From Lytechinus pictus (lineage: Eukaryota), in contig NC_087246.1 in the NCBI RefSeq assembly GCF_037042905.1, positions 992,001 through 1,056,000 of the forward strand: DNA of 64,000 bases. Reading direction: 5' to 3'. Shown piece by piece: positions 13,371 to 26,893 of the stretch; the stretch's first letter is position 1, and every line of letters begins with the position of its first letter. Position numbers and translations under genes: made by a program. Below the pieces are notes generated by a model. It did no database searches and had not been told where the DNA came from. It saw nothing but the letters and a program-made list of their open reading frames with translations.

Positions 13371-14393
13371 AAGTGTCTAGCGATCTCTTTATAAGTGTAT
13401 GTTTCATTGATAAATCTTAATCTTTGATGATTCATGCCTAGTGTTACTAATGGACAATTTTAGAATGTTTCATTTCTGCTGCAGATATAGAGTGAGTATC
13501 TCACCACACACCTGTCTTTTCACCCCTTTTATCTCCTCCCCTCCTCACCCTTCCTGTACATGTAGACATTGTACAGGTAAGTTACTTGTAATCAATAGCA
13601 AATTAGCAATCAATCACTTGTCTACTTCCTAGATTATTAAAAAGTCTACTCCTGCAATATTAAGGATGATATGGTGCTCAATCAATTACAAGAATTGCAA
13701 CTGAATTTTCAATCAATTTCAAATAAGTTTCTTGCAAATTTCAATCTCTCCTATTGTCTCTCCCATTCAGTCACCCCCTCTCTCTCTCTATCTTTGGTGT
13801 CTGGTCTTTGTCAGTGGGTGTTGAACCAACTAATCTCAATTGCGTCACAGTCTAAAGAAAGCAGAAATGACGTACATTGACTCAATAATCAAACAAACCT
13901 ACAATGATAATGGAAATGTATCTTCCACATAGGAATGACTTTAAATGATGTATGCAGGAATACAGTGAATTGGATTGCTGATATTCAACATTTGATTTCT
14001 AAATCAAGAATTTGTCACATACATTTTCTAAAATTAATTCCCCCACACCAATCCCACATACTCAGATTCAGATAGAATGAAAATGTGACATTTCTATTGA
14101 TAGGATTATTGAGGCCTATGCGTATTTTAAAAGAATAAAACTTTATAAATTAAAGTAAGTCGATTTGCTCATGCATTTTTTCCTTTGGATGGTACTAGTA
14201 CCAATATGTAGCTGGTATGTTTATAACAGTTGTCAGTGAATGATTGGAAAGATGTTTCATAAAAGCAACCTTTGTGCCCAATTCATAAAGCACTTTAATA
14301 CAAACCTTGTTATGACTTTAATTAGTATAATCAAGAGTTTTTCAAGCTATGCTACCCTTGTTTCAAATACTAAGACAATATTTATTGATTTAC

Positions 14394-14534
14394 CTAGCCA
14401 TAAGATAGCCTGCTCCACATCAAAGGGATACTTCATATCACCATCCACTAACCCTGGTGTGTCTACAAAGGTAACCAGACTAAACTTCTTCTGCTTAGAT
14501 GTGATCACTTCAGTGTTCAAGTATTCCACCACTC
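14394..14534 (-). CDS. NTPase exon E4: GVVEYLNTEVITSKQKKFSLVTFVDTPGLVDGDMKYPFDVEQAILWL (G3 DTPG)
   Basis: Acceptor gtacag, donor gtaaat. FVDTPG motif typical of dynamin/EHD-type G domains. Confidence 0.95.
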
Positions 14535-15140
14535 CTGTACATAGGATGGAAACATAGTGGGTTATGGTAAAGGAAACACACTTGAAACATGGTTAGGCAA
14601 TTAGCATAGTAAAAAAAACTTTCAGGGAACTAATGACCCAGCAATTGGACAGTACTAACATCCAGGTTTCATAATTGTGCAAACTTCATTTAGTAGATCA
14701 TAAAATATACATTTCAGGGGACAGAGCTTAGTGTAAACAATGACCATAAAATTAACAGGGTGGTCTATAACAATGGTTACTAAAAATAAGATAATATATA
14801 TTTTTCTTAAAGTCCTTCACATGGTGAAGTTTGACTGTTCATACTGTATCATACAGTATCAACAATGTGAACAAATGTCTGTTAACTTAATATAATTATT
14901 AGAACAGACTTTTAGAAACCAGGAATGATTTATATTCAGCATTACACCACAAATATATATAGTTCCTAAAGTGAGATCAAGTATATTACTCTACAGGTAA
15001 GTCAAAACATCTGGCCTCAAAGTCACTGGATTGACCTGACTGGAAATAGTTGAATTATCACTAGTATTACAGATTCTAAAAATCCTCAGATATAATTGAA
15101 TGAAGAAGAAGAGGATATACTCATCTATCTGGATGAACTG

Positions 15141-15230
15141 GTCTTACTGAGCTACACCACTACATCATGCTGCATTTCCCTGAAACAGAAGTCACAATGC
15201 AACTAGATGTAGCAGCGTAGAGCAGAAGAC
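15141..15230 (-). ncRNA. mir-2013: pre-miRNA miR-2013 (miR-103/107/2013 seed family); mature 3p UGCAGCAUGAUGUAGUGGUGUA at 15174-15153
   Basis: The mature arm matches recalled sea-urchin miR-2013. It pairs with the 5p arm ACGCUGCUACAUCUAGUUGCAUU (about 15218-15196). Apical UGUG motif, basal stem GUCUU/AAGAC, CNNC (CAUC) about 18 nt downstream. Confidence 0.92.
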
Positions 15231-15834
15231 AATCAAGTTACTGGTCTCCAAGATGACTCAAGTCCTCATCAAAACAACGCTCATTTTTAGAGGGTTTTTT
15301 TTTAAAAATACACTGTAAAATAATACATAAATTATGTTGGCAATGTCCTGGTGGTGTGGTAAGCTACAAGAAAGTGCATAACTTTCCCATTTAGAGCCTT
15401 CTCATCAGCCAAAACATTTTGCCTCTCTAAAAATGTGGGCCAAGCAAAGTGGTGGTTCAGGTCTGACCAAAGCTGACTTAACTTTGATGGGAAAGGGCAC
15501 AAACATATTAGCTAGCCAAAATCACAAGGCAATGGATGCATGACTGGCTGCAATTTTTCATTTTTATTTATACATGTTATTTCATTCTATACATTTTTTT
15601 TTTTTTTTTTTTTTTTGGGGGGGGGGGGGGGCTGGCCCAAATTTTCATCACAGTGAGAAGCTTTTGGCATGGCCTTTGCCCACTGACCTGAAATTACATT
15701 TTCCAATTGCCAATACATGATTACCATTAGCCAATATGAAAGTTAAATGGAATTATGAGTTATAGCCTACTTGCAAAATCTTGAAAATACAAAATCTTAA
15801 CTTTGTTTGATTTGTTTATATTGATAACACAACA

Positions 15835-16140
15835 GTCAAAGCTTGTTGACCCTAAATGACCTTTGACCTTGAAAATATGATCTGCAACTCATGTCAGATG
15901 ATTGGTAATACTTGATTAATTACCCTTGTGTCAAAGTTTCATTAAATAGGCCCATACACACAACAAGGTTTAGATTCATTGACCCTAAATGACCTTTGAA
16001 CTTGGTCATGTGACCTGAAACTCCCGCAGTTTCTTGAAATAAGTCCATATACCATCACAGTTATGACATTTCAAAAACTTATCCTTGGTTAAGAATTCAA
16101 TGTTGATACAGCCGCCGCCGTCAGAAAAGCGGCACCAAGA
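15835..16140. repeat. Interspersed repeat with internal TTGACCCTAAATGACCTTTGA units
   Basis: Unit seen twice (about 15846 and 15979), ending in GCCGCCGCCG...GCGGC. Resembles TGACCTTTGACC-rich repeats common in marine invertebrates. Confidence 0.5.
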
Positions 16141-17311
16141 TTGGTTTTCTATTGACTTCTAGCTTCTTTATCATTCTTACTTTTCAGAAATGAATCCCCC
16201 AAGCAAGAGGGAAGTTGGTATTAGTCAAACATTTAACATCCTTAATTTGTAACATTCTCATGTGGCAAGCCACATCCTAAAACAGCATGCCATATTTGAA
16301 TGGTGATATCACAATAGCGAGTATCTGTCAAGACAACAATTGGTTCAAAAGACATAATATAAGACAGACCGCCAATCATACCAGACTAAAAGTCTGCCAC
16401 TAGGAAGAACCATTTTATAATTCAACCACCCTCCAATCCTGCAGACATTATGTAAACAGAGACGCACTCCCGGGGTGGAAAGTATAACCCACCAGTCTTT
16501 TGGTGGTTGTCAAACAAAAAGCTGAATAGTGTAATTCAGTCAAGTTCAAAAGTGCAACTTTCATGGTTCAACTGGTATTAATTTAACCTTGATATTGTCT
16601 GTTGGATCTTTACTTCTGAGAATTAATGAAATTACAGTTCCCAGTTGTGATTCATTCATGATATCTAGATTCAAGGAAGTGCAATGATAATCGATGATTA
16701 ATATATATTTGGCAATGTGCTTCAAATTCCTTTCCAATCTAGCTCAAGACTGGGCTGGCCAGTATCTTTTTGATGAAACCATTCACATTACCAATATTTG
16801 GGCCCGTTAAAGTTTTTAATGATTTAAACATGCATGTGCATGCATGACCTTGAAGAATAATCACAAAAATCTGTGAATTAGCAACAGGATTAACACCCCC
16901 CCCCCCTCAAAAAAGAAAAATACTGTTTTGACATATGCTAATTCACAAATTTAAAACATTTCATCAATCTGCAATTATTTTAATATTGGTAATTCAAAAA
17001 GAAAAATGCAGTAATGAAATATATTGATGTTGCTAATTTGTAGAATAAAAGATCAAATAAGAAACTTTCTCAATGGATTTAGATACAAACTAAACATCAC
17101 CTTGACAGTGTTCTCTATATGCTAACATACAGTATATACCAGCCACCGAAACACTCCCAGTGAATCCCATTATACAATATAAAAGATCAACATGTACTTA
17201 ATTTATTCAAGTCAAGAAGTGTGTCATAAAACGATAAACATATTTTCTGAGTGATTCAACCATACCAACCAACATCTCGATTGAGATAGGGAGAATTCCT
17301 GATGCATGTAA

Positions 17312-17400
17312 CCAGTTTCTATACACTTCACCGGGCAGCTGATAGCTATTGAGTCTCAACATTAACATATCAGCATGCAGATGAAGTGTACATATACTGG
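17312..17400 (-). ncRNA. mir-22: pre-miRNA miR-22 (miR-22/745 family); mature 3p UCAGCUGCCCGGUGAAGUGUAUA at 17342-17320
   Basis: The mature arm matches the echinoderm miR-22 sequence as I recall it. It pairs with the 5p arm UACACUUCAUCUGCAUGCUGAUA (about 17390-17368), with a closing stem CCAGU/ACUGG and a CNNC motif (CAUC) 16 nt after the 3' end. Confidence 0.92.
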
Positions 17401-17488
17401 ATAGTATGGATCCAACTGCTGCTTCCTCTTGACGTCCTCATAACATCCTGCTATAAGTCACATTGTGATGGTTTTAAAAAAAACTCAC

Positions 17489-17543
17489 CTTCCAATTTGG
17501 CCAGCTCCTTGAAGTGTGGGTAAAGATGGAGAGTGGCATTTCC
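17489..17543 (-). CDS. NTPase exon E3: GNATLHLYPHFKELAKLE
   Basis: Acceptor tttatacag, donor gtgagt. Phase 0 to phase 1 fits both neighbours. Confidence 0.9.
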
Positions 17544-19689
17544 CTGTATAAAGATAAAATATGAAAGATGTTTGGGTTTGATAGCAAAATCAGCTTCATA
17601 GCTTGCACATACGCACACCTATGTAACCTTCCTCACAAAAGCTGATTAAGGGTGTGTCAAGAATATTTCAGTTTCATGTAATAATGATAATTCCAATGAG
17701 ACAGTATTTCATTACATTTTCCATTTAAAAACTTCAATAGGACTGGGCAGTAAGGAATTCATTCATTTTATGAAAGATAAAGATTTCAGTGCAAATGTGT
17801 GGTTAGAATTATCTTTGTCTATTCTAAAAAAATATCAAAGAAATTTATGTAAATATCCACTGTGTTAGATAACAAATGAGAAAAAAGTAAAAGATAACAT
17901 TATGTAAGCATTAATTTTGCAACCAAACAATTATTGTAAATACATTTTTTTGTAATCTGTATTTTTAAACTTGTGATTGCATATCACATTGTTCTTTAAG
18001 TGTATTTGAATTTTTGTATCACAATGCATTCTGGGGAAAACCTATGCAAATTCTCCATGTTTTCATTCAATGAACACATGGCGCTTTTCAAATGAGAAGT
18101 TTCTATAAGCTTTCAAATCTAGATCACAATGATCTTTAAAACCTTTAAATACAATGGTGTTTTAAAGTGCTCAGATAGCCACTCAATATGTGTACATGAT
18201 ATCCTTCTTTGGTGCATTCCTCCCTTACTTCCTCTTAACAAATGTAAGAGCCTCTACTTATTAAATCTTTCTACCAGAATCCTTGCCTCAAAATAATCCT
18301 CCCATTTGAGCACAGATTAAAAAGCATCGGTAAAGCTGACGTTACAGTATATGCACATATTGCAAAGGCAGTAAAATAAGTTCGATAACTGTTACGCTAC
18401 CTTATGTCTCATTTACTTGTTAAACAGTCCCAAGACTCGCGAAGTATATTTTAATTTACACTACCATCTTTCAAACCTTCATCATAATCTAACATAAAGC
18501 AAAATAAAATACATGAACTATGAAAGCGAGTTTTCTGCTTCAGCTCCGTCCATTGTGGAGCTCCTTACAGAAGCAGTAGAATGGAAAACATGTTTGCCTA
18601 AGTGTATCAAATTCACCCTATGGCAAGACTAATCCAACCTTATGTGTTAGGAGAGCGAGTTACATGGAGAGGGTGTATTTTCATCCAGTCACTAGAACAT
18701 AAATTAATGAAACACTTTGTCAGAATTTTGCAGAATCTTCTACTGAAGCTTAACACAAAGAAAGCAGTGAAAATGAAGTATAAATACAATTGTATAAAAG
18801 CCCAATGAAACATTGTAATTCTACTCAAGTACAATTAGATTTAACGAGGCCTTATTCCCCAAAAAAGTTTTGATCACCATTCCAGTACATGCATTACTTT
18901 AAAAATATAGTACTGACAGTAAAACATTCTTTGCCAGTGTTTGACTGAATAGAAACATGTTCTAGCCTTTTTTATTAAGTCGCCTCCACTGTTACATCAT
19001 GGACAAACATGTAATTTGATTTCAGCCTTGGTTCCATCCTCTACATGTAATAAACTGATTTCAAGGATTTAATTTTAGAGCATAAATTCATTTTCTTCTT
19101 TTAAGGTTTTATTTTTATAAAAATTATGATTCTATCTTACTTCCTGCTCAAGATAATGAAAAATGACCCATTCCCACTCCTCTTAATGTAATAATATCAT
19201 TGAAAAAATGTCTTTCCCATTGGTGCATGAAGGTCCAATTCTATCTCCTGATTGGCTGTTTGTTCAATGATTGACAGGTGAGGTTGATCTATTATCTAAA
19301 GAAGGGGTGTTTGTTGGATTACTGTAAGAGGGGCATGTATAATCACGATTGTCTATCCTTGTGGGTGATAAATACTTGTCTGGAGGCAACAATGATAATG
19401 CCATAGCCATATGAGCAAAACCTACTTCAGACCAACCAAAGCAATGACATACCATCGTTCAGTTTGGAGTTGGTCTTGATGGTCTGACTGCATTTTAGTA
19501 TGGATGACGAGGAGTTTGGTGGCTACCTCTTATCATCAAACTACTGAATTGTGAAAATAGAATGATGTAGCTTCCTTATTCTACATTGTACAAGCCATCC
19601 CTTTACACTTGTAATGCAAATGCACACAGAAAATCAAAAGGACCATAAAATAATGGATTTTTGTACTTAGAACATAGCAAACCTGCACT

Positions 19690-19840
19690 TTTCCACTCCC
19701 CTGGGAGCATTCCAACAAGTTTCAAGATTCAATTGCTAGGCATACTACATGGGCTTGTGCATCTTCCCCGAGTACCTATTTAGCACCTGGGTGGAGTGTA
19801 GAAAAGTGTGAATCAACACCTTGCCAAAGAACACTAGGCA
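19690..19840 (-). mobile_element. Degenerate CORE/V-type SINE relic
   Basis: gtacctattta.cacctgggtggag...ccttgccaaagaacac resembles the reverse complement of a conserved SINE core. Confidence 0.45.
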
Positions 19841-22800
19841 GTAAATGCATAAACTTTACAATATATTTCTGTCTGCACATCTAGGCCCCGTCTTAAAAGA
19901 CACTTTTCTGACTACCTAGTCCCAACCAAGCCAGGGTGAAAAAATTACTTGTTCTTATTTAGACGCTCCTACTGAGGTAATGGGAGGAATTATGGGAATG
20001 ACTTTTGTCAAATTCTGATACAAAGGTGAGCCCAGTGAGACATTTTACTGGCTACCGTAAAGCAGTCAGTCCAAAGATCTTGACATGATGCAAGAACTAG
20101 TCTGATTGTAGATGTGCCTTTACATGCATGATCAAATGAGAGGAAAATCGGGTTTACTAAATATGTTGCTGTTTATGGTTTTTTGTTAAAGGTAATGTCG
20201 ATTGTCAATTTAAAGATAAGATTCTGTATATCAATTCTAATTTAATATTGAGCTTTACAGGCTATTTGGCCAAATTATGCTGTGCTATCCTCATACACTG
20301 TAAACACAAATTATTATCTAGCCGAATAGAGATTCCCGATTATTGCTGTTTTTTTTTACAAAGTTTCTGCATTTGTGCATGTGATTTGTTCTAATTATTA
20401 TCATTGGAAGAATGATGGCTACAGAAGAAATTGCCATCATTCCATATGCCATATTTTTTTTATTTGGTTTTATTTTCTTATTGATGAATACCATCCCCAC
20501 TTTTCTACCCCCTTCCCATCCCCTTTTCGTCAGGACATGGCGCGGTCTATTAAAACGTGTTTACCCGTTTATCAGGCATCTTAATAAGGCATCTAGACCC
20601 TTTATCAGCAATGTGCAAATGCCCCTGAAAACTTTTGATGGGCACAAGCTTAACTTGAAAAAAATACAAATGTTGTATCTAATTAAGATCGAAGATGTCT
20701 GAAATCAAATCTAAGATGCCCAACTATCATGATTTACAACAGGTGTCTGCAATGAACCAATCTATTACATCTCATTGTTTAATTTATCCCTTACATCAAT
20801 TATATCAATAGGAAATACACATAGAAACATGGCACAAATTACCCCTGCGCTCTGTGAATAAGTCTCCCCTATCCTTGGTTGGGGCATTTAAATGGATTCG
20901 TCCAGTTGCTTGACATTACATGCCAGTCATGATATAATGGATAGCTATATAGTGCAATGTCCAGTGACAGTCCAGGCCAGCTATCTTTCTGACCAGCCAG
21001 CCAGACAACCTTGATGATCAGTTTGCATTGAAGGGGGGGGGGGGGTCATTTTGGCCAGCAAACATTAAAGACATTTATGTAAATCAGGTTTCTCTGTTAT
21101 CCATACTGCTACTCAGCCAAATGATACATATAAAGGCAAGGACATTTATCTCAGTCACCCTGATATAGAATCGTTTAATATAAGATAATCCCTCTTCAGC
21201 ATTTTACATGTCAAGTCTTTTTTTGTTGGGTGGGGGGGGGGTGGGGTAGGATGTAGTACAGTGGAGTCAGCTGGAATGAAGAGCAGGGATTAGGTAGATA
21301 GCCCCCCCCCATAATGAAATTAGAAATGATATGATATACCATAAAATGAGGGGAAGGGGAGAAGGTGCCCCCCCCCCCCCAACAGTGTGGAATTTTAGAA
21401 ATCTTTCAGAGTGTGCAATCTGGCGCAAACTTTGATATACGTAAAGGCATTATGAAGAGAAAAATTCAAAATTAAATGTTTCTGAATGTTACTGATGTTA
21501 AAAAGTGTTCTAGATGGTTTATAAAACACAGAAAAGTTGTCTAGAACCCTCTTAATAACATCTTGTCATCATTAAACGAAGCCATTTTTTTTTACCATAT
21601 ACAGATTGGCTGATGTTCTTTTTTTCAAATTTTTTTAATGAAGAGCGTGATTAGTATTAGGTTTGCAGTATAGTGGTAAGTGAACGTACTCGGGCACCTC
21701 AAAAATTCATCCCACAATAATGATATGTCACTTAAAAAATCATGAAATTTTTATAAAACTTTGGAAAAATCTGGGATTTAAAGACTAACATCCCAGAAGA
21801 GGACTACCAATTTAAAAGTCAGGTGACATAGTTTGTGCATAATTTGTTCAGAAATGGCTAAATAAATCCAAACATAAACATGTGAGAAGTATTAAAGATA
21901 CCAATCACATACATCACTAGATCATATTTGCTAAATAATTGTAATAGATGTGGATGCATCCCCTTCAAATAATGCAAGCAATAGGGAAGGAACTTTTAAA
22001 AAGTAAATCAATAAAATATTAAAAGCTTGGATTTTAAAACTGGTACAAATACATGTAAAGATATTATCCTTCAATGTGATTTTAAAAAATCTAGTTTAAA
22101 TGTTGTTGATTTGCTGTTTTCAGAAACAGCCTTTTTTCATCTAAAATGAGACCGATCCTCGGCTTTAGTCATAATGCATCAAGGAAAGTCAATATGAAAT
22201 GGATTTGATAGCACAAATTCATGGTTTTTATTTTTACGAGTATTTAAAAAAAACTGATGAAATTGGATGAAAAAGATACCAATTATAAAACTCCCAATAA
22301 TCTCTTTCTACATGGATTTGGGGGCAGTTTTGTAAAGATTTTGACTAAATTAATGCCCTTGAGTAAAACTTAATGAAAGAGGCAAAAATGGTATCAAGAA
22401 TGAGGGCAAAAAATGTGGTAAAGGTTACTGCACTAATTTGTCATCACCTATTGAAAACCTGACCTTCATTACCGGTTAATTATTCATTCAGCAGAGGGAG
22501 TGGCTTACTGACCATTAGCTGGACAATCCTAGCCAATGGTCAGTTGCTCACTCATTCCTATCACTCAGAAAAGCCTGGACGATTGCTAATGGACTCACAC
22601 AAGTCATTCTGAGCTAGACTGACCCCACGCTGGAAAGTGACCAATAGGATGATCGCTAGAATGGTCAGAGCGCTGGTTGGTAGCTAACAACAGACAATGT
22701 CCATTTCACTATTTCCATATGACCCAGCCGCAGTTTCCATGGTCTGCCCAACTGTTAAGATTCCACGCAAAATAATGCTATGAACGGGAGGATTCTGAAA

Positions 22801-23185
22801 AATGATCTAATTTTTTTATACTACCAAGGGTATTGCTTTCACAATACAAAATTAAGTTTTAAAAAGATTCATACTTTCTTGGTTTAATGCTTAACAGCAG
22901 TGAAGGCGAATATGAAAAGAAATTAAGGCAAAAAAAAGTGCTATTGGGTTTCACCCCAATTTCCTCAAAGACCCTAATATTGCTATGACAATGTTGCAGA
23001 TGACTAAAGATTTGACCAAAGGGAATTATAGTTCCACAATTATAGACAATCCAAATCTATAAATCAAGAGTGGAGAGTAAAAGAAAATTCTTAACTGGTG
23101 GATTTCAGGCCCTCTGGACATATTGTAAATGAAAGAAAATGTTGCTGCATGCTCATAAAGAGAGAAAGGGGGTGACAATTCTTAC

Positions 23186-23279
23186 AGTGAGTGACTCCCG
23201 TTTACGTCCACTAGTGATGAAGGAGAAACCTTGGGTCTCGATGGCAACTCCTGTCCTTTGGACATGTTCTTCAACATAC
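23186..23279 (-). CDS. NTPase exon E2: YVEEHVQRTGVAIETQGFSFITSGRKRESLT (switch I/G2 region)
   Basis: Long polypyrimidine tract plus tgtag acceptor, donor gtaaga. Completes the TG|G Trp codon from E1. Confidence 0.95.
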
Positions 23280-26194
23280 CTACAGAAAAAAAACAGAAAA
23301 AACATAAAAAGTTGTGAGTCAGGGAAGCAAAATAAAAAGAAAAACAGGAGTGAGGCAGACATAGAAAAAAATAGTGAGATTAAAAGTGGGAGAGGCAGAG
23401 AGATAAGGGAAACAAATGCATAATATAGCTCAATTATCAAGATATTAAATGCATAGTTTTGTATATCCTTTACTCAACATACAAAGTCTATTATACAATA
23501 CTAAATCTGATATCACATTGTCATCAAAACATTATCATCATCCCTGATGAAAACTACTGATGAACATTAAAAAATGCTTATTTATAAATATTTAAGAATT
23601 GTGTTAGTCAAAGGCATTAATCATTCTTTGATAGTTTCATTAATGATTGATCTTATGCAATTCATTTAAGAAATTATAACAAGAGAATAAAAAGGGTTCC
23701 TAAAATGAAAGTGATTTGGATACATGGAAATAAAATCAAATTAGGGAAACAGCATAAAACGTTTGAACTAATAACACATTCATACCGTTATTACAGAATA
23801 TCCCTGTCATCCTAAATCAATGACGACAACAATACAAGATAGTATTTCAGCATAGTCTTGAACTTGAAAACATGATGGCCACGGATGATTATCTCATTTC
23901 CGCAACATCATAAAAAGACCAGGCAAAGTATTCCTGTAACGATCGTAAAGCTACATCCGAAAATGAAATGGGCGTTGTCTCCTCAATTACCCATCCAAAA
24001 ACTCCAAGCAGAAGACAAAGGCACTTGTAAATAAAAAGAGATGTAACAATTATCTCAGCACCTGGGATAATTTACTTCAGGTCAAGTTGATCCAAGCACT
24101 TGCACTAATGAAGCACCAAGGTTGTGGTAACAGATCAAGCCCTTAGAAGGAACAAAAATGTTGAAAAGGAAAGATTATGTTGCTCCACTATCGCTACCGC
24201 AATGGCCAACCGATATGGCCGAAGCATCCCATGCAATACATGCCAAAGCAAAAGCATGGAGTGACCACACTTCAAGCTCTACACAATACGAAAGACTAAA
24301 ATAAGCAGAAGTTCCCGCCTATATCTCTACGTAACAAAACAAAAGTCTGTGAGGGGTCCTCCAATCACGTTCATGGCCCTGGTCACATGGTCAGTTTGCA
24401 TTTTTTGATTAATAATCTTCATCACCTAAAAGGCTTTGACCTGAGAGAGCCTTGAGCCAGCCTCGCTCTCCTGTAGACACAAACCTCACATGGCCTTGCT
24501 ACTCAACTAAACTCTTGTCCAGGGGACATACACACTGACCAACTGGATGCATGCATAGCTCAATGCAGCTGTACAGCGCCCCTCGGCGGTCAATGCAAGA
24601 ACTGACCAATGTCTAGTGCTCCTACAGAGAATGCTGCCAGACAAAGTATTACAAAAGAATATTAAATGAGAGAGCGGATATGCCATGAAGCTGTGTACTA
24701 CCAGGCAATGCAATACTGACCATCACAGTTTGGCCAATGGCTAGCTGTGAACTAGCCATTGCCAAATTATAGTCTCTTTCATCAGACCTTAAATTGTTGA
24801 AGCAATCTCTGGAACTGTATCATTAAAATCTCTAGTCTAATCTCAAGTCAATATATACTCAATGATCATATGATCTGCTACGCAAATATCCATCTGCTAT
24901 CAGGGTTATCAAACTTAAAGGCAGTGGTTTACCCCTCCTTGTATTCTCTGCATAGTCTTTGAATCAGCTCATGAAAACATTGCCTGTCTAATCAGACTAG
25001 GTGGAATTGGTCATCAGGTAGACCTCATACAGCCTTGACCATTCAATTCAGGCCAACTCAAGGCTTGTCTGTGTTACCTCAAGCATACTGTCTGTTTTCT
25101 ATTACTTGACCTCAGCATTGTCAATGGTCATCTGCTTTGGCGTAAAATGAAAACCAAATAAATATATTTTCAGGGAGGGGTCTGGGGCATACTTGTGTAA
25201 TGCTCTACTTTCATCATGTTGAAAGAAGGCATTACAAAAATTGGAAGCAAAATAATGCACTGTAGACATGCTAGGGGCATCTCAGAGCTGATCTGAGACA
25301 ACCTTGGGCCATCCTTGCTTGTTCAATCAGAGTGAAAGCAGGTCATTGCTAATATTTGATGGAGGAGGGGAATGGAAGACCAAGAGTACCCAAAGACAAG
25401 GCCTGTGGTCATTCCGTTCACCAACATTCATTCCCTTAGATACAAGGGTGGCGAGTTTCTACAGAATCAAAAGACCTACAGAAGAAGAAAAAAAAGAGAA
25501 ACCCCTTATTTATTTGAAAGAGAACAATACCAACTGGAACACCTTACAATTACCTGATATAGGTCATCTAGAAAATACGGAGAAACCACAAACATCTTTA
25601 TGAACCAGTATGGCCTACATTACAGGTCATGCTATCTTGAATACTGTCCTTAATATATTGACCCTCCTTGCATCGGCCTTAACCTACAAACAAGGATTGA
25701 CCTGATATACTTCACAAGTTCATGCTTTACTTTCTGTATGGCATGCACTTAATGTCAAGATATCAGGGAGAACACATTTATCATCATATCATAGACCCTT
25801 CTCGGTAGCATACATGTATATGATCATATCAAGTTAACTTTTTGTTTTTTCTGGATCTTTTTGTTATTCCATTGAGAAATTCATTCATTGATTCTGATAC
25901 AGAAGCCAGGGCCATTTCATAAAACATCCTAACTCCACCTTGATGCCATCTCTATGAAAAGCCAATCTAGACAATACCCTCACACACTTGTATACCAAAA
26001 CATTATAATTGAGTGTTTATTCCTCATCTCAAATTGTTGGGATTTTTCATTTTAAAGGACTTGGTAATCTAGAAAATGAAGTTCTGTCCATATTCTAATT
26101 TTCAAACTATTAACTTTAGCCACTATCCCACGATAAGGAGATTACTCTTCCTTGGGATGGAACATTATGGTGGCCATGTTACTACTCTCAAATC

Positions 26195-26893
26195 TCTCTG
26201 AACTATGAGAAATAACAAGTGTGCTGAAATGTCATGAAACCACAATACAGCAATCAATTGAAAATATAGTTATCAACGAAAAAAAAAATAGAGCTTTACC
26301 TAAAAATAAAATGGTGTTTTTTGTTGAGAGATTTTCATATTATATTTGATGGCTCAGAATGTAATACCAGAAATATTCCAAGAGTTTGGGAAAATCTTCC
26401 AGATAAATTATAAAATATTCCAATCACAGATGAATGGAATATTGGCCCTAACGAGTGGAATATTTCTGGTATTTCAGGAAATAAAGCCAACCAATATAAT
26501 TATCATTTATACACCCCCCCCCCAAAAAAAAGGGAGAAATTTGATTTTACAAGTCATATCACTTATCACATTATGGCATCATCACTTTAGGATCAATTTT
26601 GGTCATTGACATGCGACTTACATGTAGAACATTATGACGTAATTGAGCGTAATTGTGATCTATGCTGCACATCGCATTGCTTTCATTGTGGTACGTGCAG
26701 GATATTTCACAAATTTGCGCATGCACACTAGACTGTTGAATATGGTCTCATACTCAATGGTAAATTTTGTACAGGAGCTTATGGGATATTTGTCGGATTT
26801 CGGTCATTTTAGGGATACTGTATGTTCTGATACTGCACAGGCAATTGATGCAGACCAAAATGCGCGTCTTTAATGTATGGCTAAAATGCTCTA
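26195..26893 (+). repeat. Dispersed repeat copy 2 (module order A-B-X-C)
   Basis: Shares TCTGAACTATGAGAAATAA..., GATGGCTCAGAAT...GGGAGAAATTTGATTT and CTAGACTGTTGAATATGGTCTC... with 815-1280. Confidence 0.8.

Noticed and set aside
16755..16765. GCTGGCCAGTA, partial complement of miR-193, between the two miRNAs
   Set aside because: Short match with no surrounding hairpin.
23790..25480. GC-richer block, possibly an ancient retroelement, including a 38-nt hairpin at ~24729-24766
   Set aside because: No motif series could be read convincingly, and the hairpin is too short for a pre-miRNA.
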